Positions 12,358 through 24,129 of a stretch of DNA of 64,000 nt are shown piece by piece. Source of the DNA: Octopus vulgaris (lineage: Eukaryota). The stretch lies in the NCBI GenBank assembly GCA_951406725.2, contig OX597814.1, forward strand, positions 72,788,001 to 72,852,000, read 5' to 3'. The notes below the pieces were generated by a model. The model was not told the origin of the DNA and did not search any database. It saw nothing but the letters and a program-made list of their open reading frames with translations. Made by a program: the position numbers and the translations under genes. Every line of letters begins with the position of its first letter. The stretch's first letter is position 1.

Positions 12358-13844
12358 ATGAAGATGCATGTATGTCATTCAATAATTTCTGTCCAACCAA
12401 ATCTAGAAACTCATGCTGACACTGATTAAATGCATGGTGGTGATCTCTTCCTATAGCATTTTTCAGAATTGTTTTGTAGTTACCTGGAGGATACCAGGGA
12501 GTTAAAAAAAAGAATGACTCAGTTTGTTATAATGTTGCTATAAATCACTCGTCACAACTACTAAAGTTTATTCTCTCTCATGTTGGTTAATATATGCAGT
12601 AACATATGCACATTAGAGGCAATTCTTGTTGTTAGGAAAGATGCAAAACGAATGCGAGGTGATCAATAATTTCCAACTTTTCCAAAAATTTAAGAATTTG
12701 AAACATATTTGTCTGACATAATGTAGTTTGATGAGAATGGGCTTATCTCAAGTAGAATTAAACACAACTCTCTTTTACTCTGTGGGGATGATGCATTCTA
12801 TTTCTGAATGATATTTTAGCCTTCTCTCCATGTCTATACATCTTTACATAAATAACACACTATTTACTGACCTACATTTTATAGGCTTCGAGTTTAATGT
12901 TACACAATTAGTTTTTTCAAGGTAAAAAGGTTGATGGATTATTGTATAGTGTGTGTGTGTAAACGTTACTTGTAACTTTGTGTCGTATGTACAAAAAACA
13001 TCTGTTACCTAAAATCTACAATCATAATTCAGTTTTAAAAGTTAACAGGCGTTGTGAAGTTATAAAACAATCCTAATTGTCCAATGACATCTTTCAGAAT
13101 ATTTGCTGCAAACTGACATTTATATAGTCATATATTTTAATATTATTATGTAGTTCTAATTGAAATAATAGATTTTAAAAGAATTTGAACAATGTGTATC
13201 AACAGTCACGAATCGAGCAATATTCCTTGCTCCAAGCAGTGTCAGATGAAAGGAATGAATTTTCATAGAAAGAACAAATCAATTAGAAAATATGGAAATA
13301 TAAGAATATTAGAGTAAAATGTAGCTTTGAACGACACTAACCCGCGGGCTGCTTTTCCTCGCAGACGGGCAAACACAGGAACTTCTATGCAATCACTGGA
13401 GCTGTTAGAAATAACAGCCAAGCTTCATTCAAAGTGTTTTCTAAAATCACATTGAACAATGTATATAGTTCTGCATATTCTTAAAGGCGATTTGGTTGCA
13501 GTGAGAACATCTTTGATCAAAGATATGCTCAATCGGGCTGACCTTAATTTACTCAACAACAATTTGCTAAATCACATTACACGTATCTTTATGTTACAGA
13601 AATGATGCTTTCTGAAAATTTTACGCTAATGTGGAATTTTGTAACATGAACATTTTTTTTGCTGGCTTCTATGTTACATGTAAGTAAATGAATATGGAAG
13701 TTGATGAGAAAGGCGTTTCGCATTATGAAATTCCACATTACAAAAATATTTTGAAGAGCATAACTTCTGTAGTACAGAAGATGCTTGTACTGCGATACAA
13801 TGATATCCTGCAAACGTAAAAATAGATATTCTGTGCCTCTTAGC

Positions 13845-16800
13845 CAGGGGCGTACCTAGCACAAGTGCCACCCAGGGCAGATGTTTATTTGGCCACCCCT
13901 TAAAAGTTCTAATAATACTTCAAAACGCCAAAAATGGAATAATACAGGTATATATGTATGCAAAATAAGAAGACAAATTTTAGTAACCATTTATTTCCCT
14001 CAAATTTACTTTTATTATGTTTATACACAAAAAATAATGTGAAAAATATGCTAAAGAACAGAAAATGAGTGAATTACAAAAACAAACGATTTACAAATTG
14101 ATGTTATGTGTCTTCCTCTTCGTGAAATCTTGACTGACTTCATCAAAATTAATTTTATCCGCAAGGTCGCGATCTATGGATAGTATTGCCAAATCAGTCA
14201 ACCTTATTTGACTTATTGTTGACCTGAAGTGGTTCTTGATGAGCTTTAGTTTAGTAATTCTAATGACACGAGTTAGAAAGACTCTTAAAAATATTACAAT
14301 ATTTGGCAATGATTCAATAAGATTATATTTCTGAATAAACTGAAGAACTTGCAAAGGCCCGTCCATGTCTTCAGCGTCAGCAGCCGCCAAATAATTTTGC
14401 AGTCTTGCCCTTTCAACCAGAAAGTTTTCTCTCCTAGTATTCTCATCAAAAGCATCTACATCACAATTACACTCTTTATCTAACAAATTGGACGGTGTAA
14501 GAAAGGTGTATTTCTTTGCAATATCGTGAAGTCTTTCAAATCTAGAGGTCATTTCTTCAACCAGTCTGTCTACCACTGATAACATTTCTCTTCTTACCTC
14601 AGCGTTGTAGCTGATCGCGGCATCGATACTTTCTTCGTAGCCCAAGTTTTTTTTTTTTTTGTAAATTCGACGCTCTATGCTGATTTCCATATCAGAGCAA
14701 ATTTCGGGTGAATAGGCCAATGCGTCATCTATTGTTTTGTCTCTGCTTACAAGTAGAGAAGTTTTCAAGGCTGATAGTTTAATGGTACATTGTTATACCA
14801 CCAGACCTTTCGCTTGGAGGTACTTTTGAGTGTCATTAATTTCAGGAAGGCCACGAAATGACAAGAAAGGAAATGACAGCATCGCCTGAAGAATTAAACC
14901 TGTATTAGGTCTCGTAGTTGCATTTTCTGCATCTTCCATGAATCGTTTTAGCGCAGCGATGATTTCCGTGAATTTCGTATTTACAATTTTTCACTGCATC
15001 TGCTCAACTAGTCCATCTCATTTCCCCAACCCGTTTGATAGTTGCACCAGTTATTTCAATCAAGATATCCCATCGATAGGCTGAGGCTGAGAAGAATGAA
15101 AATAAACGGTCCAATATGTCAAAAAATGTAAATGAATCTGCACCCACTGAAGCTGCTAAATTCAGAGAGTGATTGGTGCATGGCACAAATACAACCTTTG
15201 GATTAACGTCTGTGATGTGCGCTTGAACACCGGATCGATGACCTGTCATTACTGCCGCGTTATCAAATGATTTTCCACAATAGTTTTGAATGTTAATGTC
15301 GTCCAGTTCTAATTGCTTCAGAATCATTAATGTAATTTGCTCAGCGCTCAGCATTTATCATCTCAATAAAACGAAGAAAGGATTCTTCTACTTTTACTTC
15401 CTTTTCATCTATTTTGACATAGCATAGCAACTGAGAAATTTGGTCAATATGAGAAATATCTGGAGTACTATAAAAAATAACGCAATAGTATTTACTCTGT
15501 TTCACTTCATCGATAACTTTCTTTCTCACTTGATCTCCCAGGACGTTCACAAATTAATTCTGAATTTTTGGAGGGAGATAGGAAGTTGTAAACTTATCAA
15601 TTTTTACTTTCACCAAATGTTCACATAGCACTGGGTCGAATTGTCCAATCAGTTGAACAAGCTCCAGAAAATTTCCTTTATTTTCATTTGCCTTCTCAAC
15701 TCGAATGTCTTCTCTATGGTCTTGTAAAGCTAGGCTTTGTTTAGCAAGAAACATAATTATGTCCAAGAATCTAGTCAGGGTTTGCTTCCATTTCTTTCTT
15801 TCATTCTCAACAAGAGTTTATTGTTCTTTGTCTATTACCTTGCATTTGGAAAGGCGAATTTCTAGCTCTTTCCACTGAGTGAACGCATTTTCATGCATAG
15901 AGCTAGATTCATATTCTTTTATCTTAGGATTCAACTTCCATCAAGATTTGAAACCATCAACTGAGCAAAACTTTGAGTTTCCACTTGAAAATAGCTTATA
16001 AAAAAAAAACATGGCTTCTTTCGATGGAGAGTATACCACCCAAGTTCGCAAGATTTTTTCCCCGTTTTGTAAAGTTTGAAAAAAGACAGTTACTTGACAG
16101 TCTTCTAGTCTCCCCTTTCAGTTTTGTTATTTGTCCTGGATGTACAACTTCTTTGAATTCACAGTCAATATTTTGCAAAGCCTTCGATCCATGTTGTACA
16201 AGGATTTCCTGAATACCATCACCGTGATTAGAATTAGCAGGCCACATCCCAATGTCTTTCAAGTTAATATTAGAGTTTTGTTCTTCAGTAGTTTGTGGTG
16301 GATCAACATCATCAACATCATCTATCTTCTTTTCAAGTTGCACATCATTAACATCATCTCCATGACCTTCTACAATAATACCAGTTTCGTCTGGACGGTC
16401 GGGTCTGATGAGAAATTTAATTATGGCACCTCCATTTCACCTTTCTTCTTTCGTTTTTTTTTTCTTTTTTTTTTTTTTTAAATGCTGCACTGCTGTCCTT
16501 GATTCGCTTCATCTCAAATTATGTCAGTGCTATCGTAAATTTATATGAATAAAACCAATAGTGTATAGACCAACCTAAAAAATAATCAACTTTCCAAATA
16601 TCATCGACACACTACTGTCTTATCCAGTAACACATTATATTACTGTATTAACAATACTATACTGTATATCACTCAATATTAACACACAATACAAATTTAC
16701 TGATGATAAATTTAAATTTTAAGGAAATTTTAACAATTACTATACATTATTAAAGTCTATAATATTTATACTGCATTTTTATTAATGATATATTAATACA

Positions 16801-16940
16801 AATAAATTGCGCCGTCTTTATAAACAGTTGCTTCATTTATCGTAGTATCTCAAACTTTATAAACTTCCTACTTTTTAAAGCATCTCCTCTTGTCATAGAG
16901 ACTTTACTTTCTCGATCTTATAACAATTTATGTAAAGCAC
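13845..16940 (-). mobile_element. hAT DNA transposon (ZMYM1-like transposase group), decayed; one TIR located
   Basis: TIR-like CAGGGGCGTACCTAG at 13845 lies downstream of the transposase. The other end was not found and may lie beyond the Gypsy insertion. Confidence 0.7.
14091..16512 (-). pseudogene. ZMYM1-like hAT transposase pseudogene
   Basis: Motifs FLAKQ.LA...HRE, GNFLEL, YL.PKIQN, STPDISH.DQ, G..FDNAAVM.G..SGVQ, FVPC.NHSLNL and the C-terminal LKLIKN..RSTI.Q.RL..LAILSI; many frameshifts. Confidence 0.9.
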
Positions 16941-16944
16941 TATA

Positions 16945-17225
16945 TGTGGGATGGCGTCAGCAGCTGGGTGAGCTGACCGGAAGTTGGGGCTGACCGGAAG
17001 GGGGCAGCTGGGACACGCGCGCAGCGAGTGGGGATTTCGGCCTTTTCAAACGAGGGTCGTCGGCGTGTTAAGACGGGTGAACGTGTTACTAAGGTTGGGT
17101 GAAGCAGCTGCTATCTTTAGCGTTCGGGTCGGGCTGTGTCGAAGGATCCGTTACCACTGAAGGGTCTCCATCAGAGCGAAGAGAGGGTAGGTGCCTTTAT
17201 ATTCGAATCTCTCGCACACACCACA
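16945..17225 (+). repeat. 5' LTR (281 bp)
   Basis: TGTGGGA..ACCACA; about 11 substitutions and one 2-bp indel versus the 3' LTR (manual count). Confidence 0.95.
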
Positions 17226-17260
17226 AGCTACTTCGGCACTCCACATAAGTCATCATCACG

Positions 17261-18025
17261 ATGTCTGCGAAAATCAGGATCGCCAGCGACGTCATCAGAC
17301 CCTTCAATGGTGAAGGCGATGTAGTGGCCTGGATTCGTAAAATCAGGCTGGTGGCAAGACTGCAAGGTATAAGCGATGTGGCAAGTCTTATGGCGCTGTA
17401 TTTAGAAGGGAGCGCGTTAACGCTATACCTTGAGATGGAGGAGGAGGAACGCTTGAGCAAGGAAAAGATAGAGCAACGTTTGCGGGACGCCTACACAGAA
17501 TGTGAATACACAGCTTTTGCTAAGCTAGGTACGATCAGATGGACAGGAGGACAGGTGGACGAGTACGCGGCAGAAGTTAGAAGGTTAGCGACGCTGACTG
17601 GGTTTACGGGAGAAGGGCTGGAGAGAGCAGCGCGGCTGGCGTTTGTAAATGGGTTCCCCGACGATCTAGGGATTCACCTACAACGATTGCCCGGGATTAA
17701 AAAGAAGGCACTGAGCGAACTTGTGACTCAAGCCCGCGTGTTGACGCGACACTCTGGGCGGAAGGCGATAGCGATGGCGGCGACGGAGGTGCATAAAGAC
17801 GGACGACGACCGGAGAAAGACGTACAGAAGCCCACCATGCAACGACAGCAGCCGTTCTCAGGTCGGTGTTTTAGATGTCAGGTGTCGCACATGGCGCGGG
17901 ACTGTACGCAACCGGGGCCCGTTTGCTATCGATGCAGGCAGACAGACAACATCGCCCGTGATTGCGACCAGGGAAACGACCGTGGGGAAGTTGCTGCCTC
18001 TCGAACTTTCCCCGCAAACGAGTAG
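17261..18025 (+). CDS. gag: Gag protein with C-terminal CCHC zinc knuckles
   Basis: Open 254-aa ORF with CFRC...HMARDC and CYRC...NIARDC knuckles (the second is degenerate). Confidence 0.9.
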   Translation: MSAKIRIASDVIRPFNGEGDVVAWIRKIRLVARLQGISDVASLMALYLEGSALTLYLEMEEEERLSKEKIEQRLRDAYTECEYTAFAKLGTIRWTGGQVDEYAAEVRRLATLTGFTGEGLERAARLAFVNGFPDDLGIHLQRLPGIKKKALSELVTQARVLTRHSGRKAIAMAATEVHKDGRRPEKDVQKPTMQRQQPFSGRCFRCQVSHMARDCTQPGPVCYRCRQTDNIARDCDQGNDRGEVAASRTFPANE

Positions 18026-18030
18026 AGGCG
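17971..18030 (+). promoter_or_regulatory. -1 ribosomal frameshift signal (slippery G GGA AAC plus H-type pseudoknot)
   Basis: Slippery heptamer 17971-17977 in the gag frame; stem 1 is 17982-17992 with 18004-18015; loop TGCCTCT pairs with AGAGGCG at 18024-18030; pol lies in the -1 frame. Confidence 0.8.
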
Positions 18031-20790
18031 CTATTGGAGACGCTGCCATTAATTGACGTGGAGGCCGAGGGGAAGACGTTCAAAGCCCTCGTGGATACGG
18101 GCTGCACGACCACCCTTGTGACTTCAAGGGTGACGAAGGAATGGAACGGGGCAAGTAGCGTAGGGGCGGTCGACGGCAGCGAAATCCGTTGCAGAGGCAG
18201 CAGCAAGGTAGAGATAGTGGTGCGCGGCGCGACGCTAAGGCTGCAGGTAATTGTGGCTGAACGCGTGATAGATGGGGTTGATGTGGTGATGGGGATGGAC
18301 GCCATCAACTGCCTCGGTGGCGTCAGTGTTGTGGGAAATGAGGTCACGTTCGGAAGCGTGGGGGCGTCGTGCACTGCGAGTCAGGATCGCCAGAGAGAGC
18401 AGAGCCCCGCAAGGGACTGCGCCGCTTACACCATCGAGGACAAAGACTTTCAGGCGGCGTTCGATGGTCAGCAGTGGACGATAGAGTGGCGATAGAAGGA
18501 CGAGGCCCCGACGCTGGAAAACAGGGTGAGCTGTTACCAGCATACCCTGAAAGGCCACGCCAGGGTTGAGTTTGAAGACGAGGTGGAGAGGTGGATCGAG
18601 GAAGGGGTCCTTGTCTCTTGGAAGGAGGAGGTAGCGGGCGGAGTGCTACCCCTGATGGCGGTGGGTGGTGCAGCCTACGGAGGGAAAAGTCAGACCGGTG
18701 CTGGACTTCAGGGAGCTAAACCAGCATATATCGTGTCACACGGGAGGTGAGGTGACAGACGTTTGTGGCGAGACGTTACGTGCGTGGAGACAGTCGACCG
18801 AGGCAGCGATGATTGTCGACTTGAAATAGGCATACTTGCAGCTCCATGTGAGCGACAAACTGTGGCGATATCAGCTGGTGCGGTACAAAGGCCGGACGTA
18901 CTGTTTAACCAGGCTGGGTTTCGGGCTGAATTCCGCTCCGAAGATCGTGGCGGCAGTGCTTAAGTCCGTCCTAGGGAAAGACGGTAAGATTAGAAAGGCC
19001 ACCAGCTCCTACATTGACGACATTTTGGTGGACGAAACTGTAGTACCAGCCAACGAGGTGGTTAGACATCTGGAGAAGTTCGGACTGATTGCGAAGCCAT
19101 CGGAGTCGATGGAAGGGGGAGCCGCGCTGGGGCTGAAGCTGCGAAGAGATAGATCGGGTGAATTGGTGTTCCGGAGAGGGAATGAAATCCCAGAGCTGAG
19201 TTCCAGCGTCAGCAGGAGAGAGCTGTTCTCGGTGTGTGGGAAGCTGGTCGGTCACTACCCGATCGCTGGATGGCTGTGCACGGCGTGTAGTTACATCGAG
19301 AGACGAACAGAGGGGGAGAGTTGGGGCGACAAGGTGGGAGAAGGGACGGTGGCGATGATGCAGGAAATCCTAGAGAGAACGAGAGCGGAAAACCCGGTCA
19401 GGGGGAACTGGTACATGCCCAAGACGGAATGCGGGACCGTCTGGTGTGATGCTAGCAGTATATCGATAGGGGTTGTGTTGGCAATCGAAAGTGCTGCGGT
19501 GGAGGACGCGGCCTGGTTTCGGAAAGCAGACGTTTTCAACCACATCAATGTCGCCGAATTAGACGCGGTGCTGAAAGGGGTGAACTTGGTCCTGAAATGG
19601 GGGCTGCGCACAATTGAAATTCGGACGGATTCGGCCACTGTGCTTGGCTGGGTAGGATCGGTGATCACCGGTGAAGGGAGAGTGCGGACGAAAGGTGCCG
19701 CGGAGATGTTAGTGAAGCGCCGTCTAGGAGTCCTAGGTGAATTGATCGCCGAGTTCGGACTGAAGCTGAATGTGGTTTTCGTGCCTTCGGAAGAAAATAG
19801 GGCGGACGCACTGACCAGGGTGAAAAGAGCGTGGTTGGAAGAACCAGAGGAGGCCCAGAAAGGGATAGCTGCGGCGTGTCGGTTGGATGACTCTGAACTG
19901 AAGAGACTGCATGCTATGCATCACCTGGGTGTGGACAGGACCCTGTATCTGGCGAAGAAAATTGATGCTGACGTCACTAGGAGAAGCATCCGGAAGGTGG
20001 TCGGGAGCTGCGACAGGTGTCAGTCCATCGACCCTGCTCCGTGTGGGCATGAACAGGGAAGCCTTTCGGTGGAGCAGAACTGGAAAAGGCTAGCTGTGGA
20101 TGTGACACACTACCGTCAGGGAATGTACCTCTCCATGGTCGACTGCGGGCCAGGCCGGCTGGCCATTTGGAGGGAGTAGAGAACGGGCATTGCTGATGAG
20201 ATCGCGCAGATCCTGAACGGGATATTTTTAGAGAGAGGTCCCGTGGAAGAACTACTGATGGACAACGGAAGGCGTTTCGTTCGGAAGCATTGAGGGTTAT
20301 GCTTGATCGGTAGAAGGTGCGTCGCTTGTTCAGAGCAGCGTATAGGCCGAGCGGTAACGGGATCGTGGAGAGGCACCATTGGACAGTCAAGGCCATAGCG
20401 GAAAGAGGGCACATTTCGCCGCTTGAAGCAGTTTTTTGGTACAACTTGTCTCCCCGATCCGGACAAGCTGAGGAATCTGTGCCGCAGAGAGCTGTGTTCA
20501 AATATGAATGGAGGCACCCGAGCAAAGCGCCACGGGGAAGAGAAGGGACCCGTTTGCGTGAAAATAGGGGAGGAAGTCTGAGCTAAGCCAACAAAGGCGC
20601 GTTGTGCGTCTCAATGGAGCAGAGAAACGGTGACGGCGGTCAATTCCAGAAACAACGTCTCCGTGGATGGAATGCCGCGACACGCAGGATTGTCGCTTCG
20701 ACGGACGACGACTCTGGAGAGGGGAGAACGAGGTGCCTAGCTTGAGAAGATCTCAACGCACAAGGCGCCCTCCCGGTTGGATGGTGGGCT
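17977..20790 (+). pseudogene. pol: Pol polyprotein (protease, RT, RNase H, integrase), interrupted by stops and frameshifts
   Basis: ALVDTGC (PR); RLGFGL.SAP and YIDD (RT); WCDAS and INVAELDAV (RH); H..HH..C..C, LAVDVTH and GNGIVER (IN). Stops at about 18493, 18827 and 20177. Confidence 0.92.
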
Positions 20791-20820
20791 ACGACATGGA
20801 GCAGAGAGATTGGGATCTTT

Positions 20821-20835
20821 AAGATCAGGGTGGCG
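20821..20835 (+). promoter_or_regulatory. Polypurine-tract-like site
   Basis: AAGATCAGGGTGGCG lies directly before the 3' LTR. Confidence 0.55.
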
Positions 20836-21114
20836 TGTGGGATGACGTCAGCAGCTGGGTGAGCTGACCGGAAGTTGGGGCTGACCGGAAGGGGGCAGCC
20901 GGGATGCGCGCGCAGCGAGCGGGGATTTCGGCCTTTTCGAACGAGGGTCGTCGGCGTGTTAAGACGGGTGAACGTGTTGCTAAGGTTGGGTGAAGCAGCT
21001 GCTATCTTTAGCGTTCGGGTCGGACTGTGACGAAGGATCCGTTACCACTGAAGGGTCTCCAGCAGAGCGAAGAGAAGGTAGGTGCCTTTATATTCGAATC
21101 TCGCACACACCACA
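20836..21114 (+). repeat. 3' LTR (279 bp)
   Basis: Direct repeat of 16945-17225. Confidence 0.95.
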
Positions 21115-21845
21115 CTATAAACACTGCTAGCGCTGTAGAGTGGAAGTGATCTCCCGCGAACTGCGGCTGTTGCCCTGGTTCGGATGCTTGTCAAGCCATT
21201 TCATTTCACTTTACTTCTCGTACTTGCTATAGTCTGCAGGGAAATAAGTACTCCAAGGTTGATATGCATTTAACATCCTACATGAAGACCAAGCTTTTGG
21301 TAGCGATCTACCGGCCTACTTACAGTGTTTAAGTATAAAACAACCTAAGGGCTACCGTGTTCATTTCGGTGTTAGAGCGGAGACTTGTGTATTTATGTGT
21401 GCGCGCGCGTGTAATCATGTGTGTTTATAAATCTCGATGTATACGTGAGAGAATGGAAAAAGACAAACATGTCTTCCAAATAATTCTTAACTAAGTTTCA
21501 ATAAACAATGATTTCCGTTATGTCATGAAAATGTATAGAAAAAGTTATGAATTGAGATGTTCATGCATTTCCCAAGAAATGAAGTGCAACTAGATGTTAA
21601 GTAGTCCGAGTCCGCATATCTTATGATGGAAGAATACTTCAGTATCAACTTAATTTAATAAATACGGCAGAATAATAATAAAACATGCATCACGCTTCTT
21701 GATCAAGAATGAAAACGTAAAAACTAAAATCTGTTATAATCAGAACATTCCATAAAGGACAGCAATAGTTTTCTTGTGAGTGAAGTCATGAATGATGTAA
21801 GTTCTATGGCTACACCTCCAGTCTTCTTAGTGTCACTTATTTACG

Positions 21846-21960
21846 TACCGTGTTTCCCCGAAAATAAGACCTACTCAGAAAATAAGCCCCACCATGATTT
21901 TTCTGGATGTTTTTAATATACCCCGAAAATAAAACCTAGTCAAAAATAAACCAACTACAG
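21846..21960 (+). mobile_element. Tc2/pogo-type DNA transposon left end
   Basis: TA followed by CCGTGTTTCCCCGAAAATAAGACCT, with repeated CCGAAAATAA subterminal boxes; no partner end found. Confidence 0.55.
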
Positions 21961-22341
21961 CAGCTTGGCACGCATGCACGGAGTTGACTTCCTTGTCTCC
22001 CAGGCAATGAATCGAACATAGAATGGAGAGAAATCAGCATAGAAACTTTGTCAAACCCAACCTTTAAGAAGTCATGAATTGGGTTAAGAATTCATGGAAT
22101 AGAATTACCGATAGGTGTGTTGCCAGTGCACTACGGGCAGGGTACTTGGAAACATAAATTTTCATTTAAGGAAAGTTATATTGCCAAAAATGAAAGATTG
22201 GGGTCCATGATTCTACAGGAAATGGATTTGCAAGAAATTCAGTCTGAAGTTCCGATTTTGATGATTGATGACGATGTTCCAAAAGAGTACTTGACTAAAA
22301 ACAATAAGCAAATAAATAAACTTCTGATAGCTAAAAACATG

Positions 22342-22913
22342 GGATCTTTTCTAAAAGAAGGACAGATTTTTCTAGTTAAGTAAACAATTTGAAACTTCGT
22401 ATACTGGTAGAATGTGTCAAAAGAAAACATAATTGTAAACCAAATTGAAAACGGAATTGTAATCTCTAAGTTTAACGTAGTTTAATAATTCGAATTTTAA
22501 CCAATGGTATTCTTTGTTTTGACCTCATATCATTTACTGCCTGTCAACATATTGTTACTGTGACGTAAACAGCTATTTTGTGACGTACTTAACGTAAACA
22601 TGTAAACAGCTAAAACGTAAACATCCGCTTATCGTAAACAGCTAAATTCGCTTGGCATCGTACACAGCTTTTTCAGTTCCCTAGAATTATATTTGAAACA
22701 AAATAAAAAGAAAAAGATTCATACGCATAAATATCCATCCTTAGACATCAGAAAGATTAAAAATGCAACAAAAATTTAAAATACCGGATCTTTACCTTTT
22801 GACCTACAGATTTAAAAAATAATTTTTTCTAACTAAACACTTTCAAACTTCGTGGAGTATATATAAAATTTGTGTAGATCCTAAATAGCTACACACACAT
22901 GTATACAAACATA

Positions 22914-22979
<66 letters not shown>

Positions 22980-23173
22980 ATATACACACATATTCTAATG
23001 CATATGCATATATGTGTATATATTTATAATGTGTGTGTATTATAGATGCATACATTATATATATATATAAAAGATGTTTACATACAATATATATATGTTA
23101 TATACATCTACATGTATATGTATGTATGAATACATAAGTACCACAGAATTTGAATCAAACTGTTTTGATCCAT

Positions 23174-23226
<53 letters not shown>

Positions 23227-24129
23227 TACATACATACATACACACATACTAAAATTACATCGTTGGAGCAGTAATTTTTTATGTATTTTTTGTTATACAA
23301 TTTATTTTTAAGCTGAATCCCTATCCTGCCATTAACCCCTTTCTTATAAAATAGTTGAAGAATATGGGGTGTAGGAATTGGGCCAGCATTGGAACTTTTA
23401 ACTTCTTGCTCTCTATCTTATGATCTCCGAAATTTAAGACTCTTGTGTTAACTGGGCTCTTATTATTTACTCTGACTCTGCCACCACCTCAATGCAAAGA
23501 CTATCAATATCAGAATCATCTTCACAACCACCACTACAACCATTACTACAACCTCCAATGCCACCACCACAACCATCTTCTGCAACCACAGCCCCAAGAC
23601 CAATACCAGCATCATATTCAAAATCACCAATTTCACCACCACTACACTCTGCAATGTCTTCAACACTACCATCCATGAGACATCCTAACATAATCAATGC
23701 AACTACTACTATCATCATCATTATCATCATCATCCACTGCCGCCACCACCACCACCACCTCTACAAAAACACCAACACTATAATTGCTGCCATCATACAC
23801 ATCCACTGTCACCACTACACCACCACCACCTCTGCCATGATAACCACATCTACCACAGCTGTTTGCTTACTTCTTACCCACGCTGTTTAAAATTTTCACA
23901 AAATAGCTGTCTACGTCACAGTAACTATGCAGCTAATGATTTCAGATCAAAACAGACAATACGATTGGTTAAAATTCGCAGATTTAAACTACGTTTAAAT
24001 TTACAAAATACATTTTTCTCAAAAAAACTAGTTGAAATTAATGTTTTCTTTTGACACATTCTACCAGTATACGAAGTTTCAAATTATTTAGTTAACTAGA
24101 AAAATCTCTCCTTCTTTTAGAAAAGATCC
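22342..24129. mobile_element. Non-autonomous Merlin-like element with long TIRs (1.8 kb)
   Basis: GGATCTTTTCTAAAAGAAGG / CCTTCTTTTAGAAAAGATCC; arm homology extends to about 22583 and 23900; 8-bp TSD AAAACATG (22334-22341 and 24130-24137). A left-end fragment of the sister MITE is nested at 22786. Confidence 0.82.

Larger units (their letters stand above)
16945..21114 (+). mobile_element. Ty3/Gypsy LTR retrotransposon, structurally complete (4.17 kb) with mutated pol
   Basis: Two LTRs with TG..CA ends, 5-bp TSD CTATA (16940-16944 and 21115-21119), domain order gag-PR-RT-RH-IN. Confidence 0.96.

Noticed and set aside
17858-20683. Antisense ORFs within the Gypsy element
   Set aside because: Expected shadow ORFs of GC-rich coding sequence, with no motifs.
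21120-21830. Second TIR of the ZMYM1-like hAT
   Set aside because: I found no convincing reverse complement of CAGGGGCGTACCTAG with a matching 8-bp TSD.
23445-23890. Pro/His/Thr-rich 132-aa ORF resembling a host exon
   Set aside because: It is a degenerate CAC/CAT trinucleotide tract, open in several frames and located inside a TIR element.
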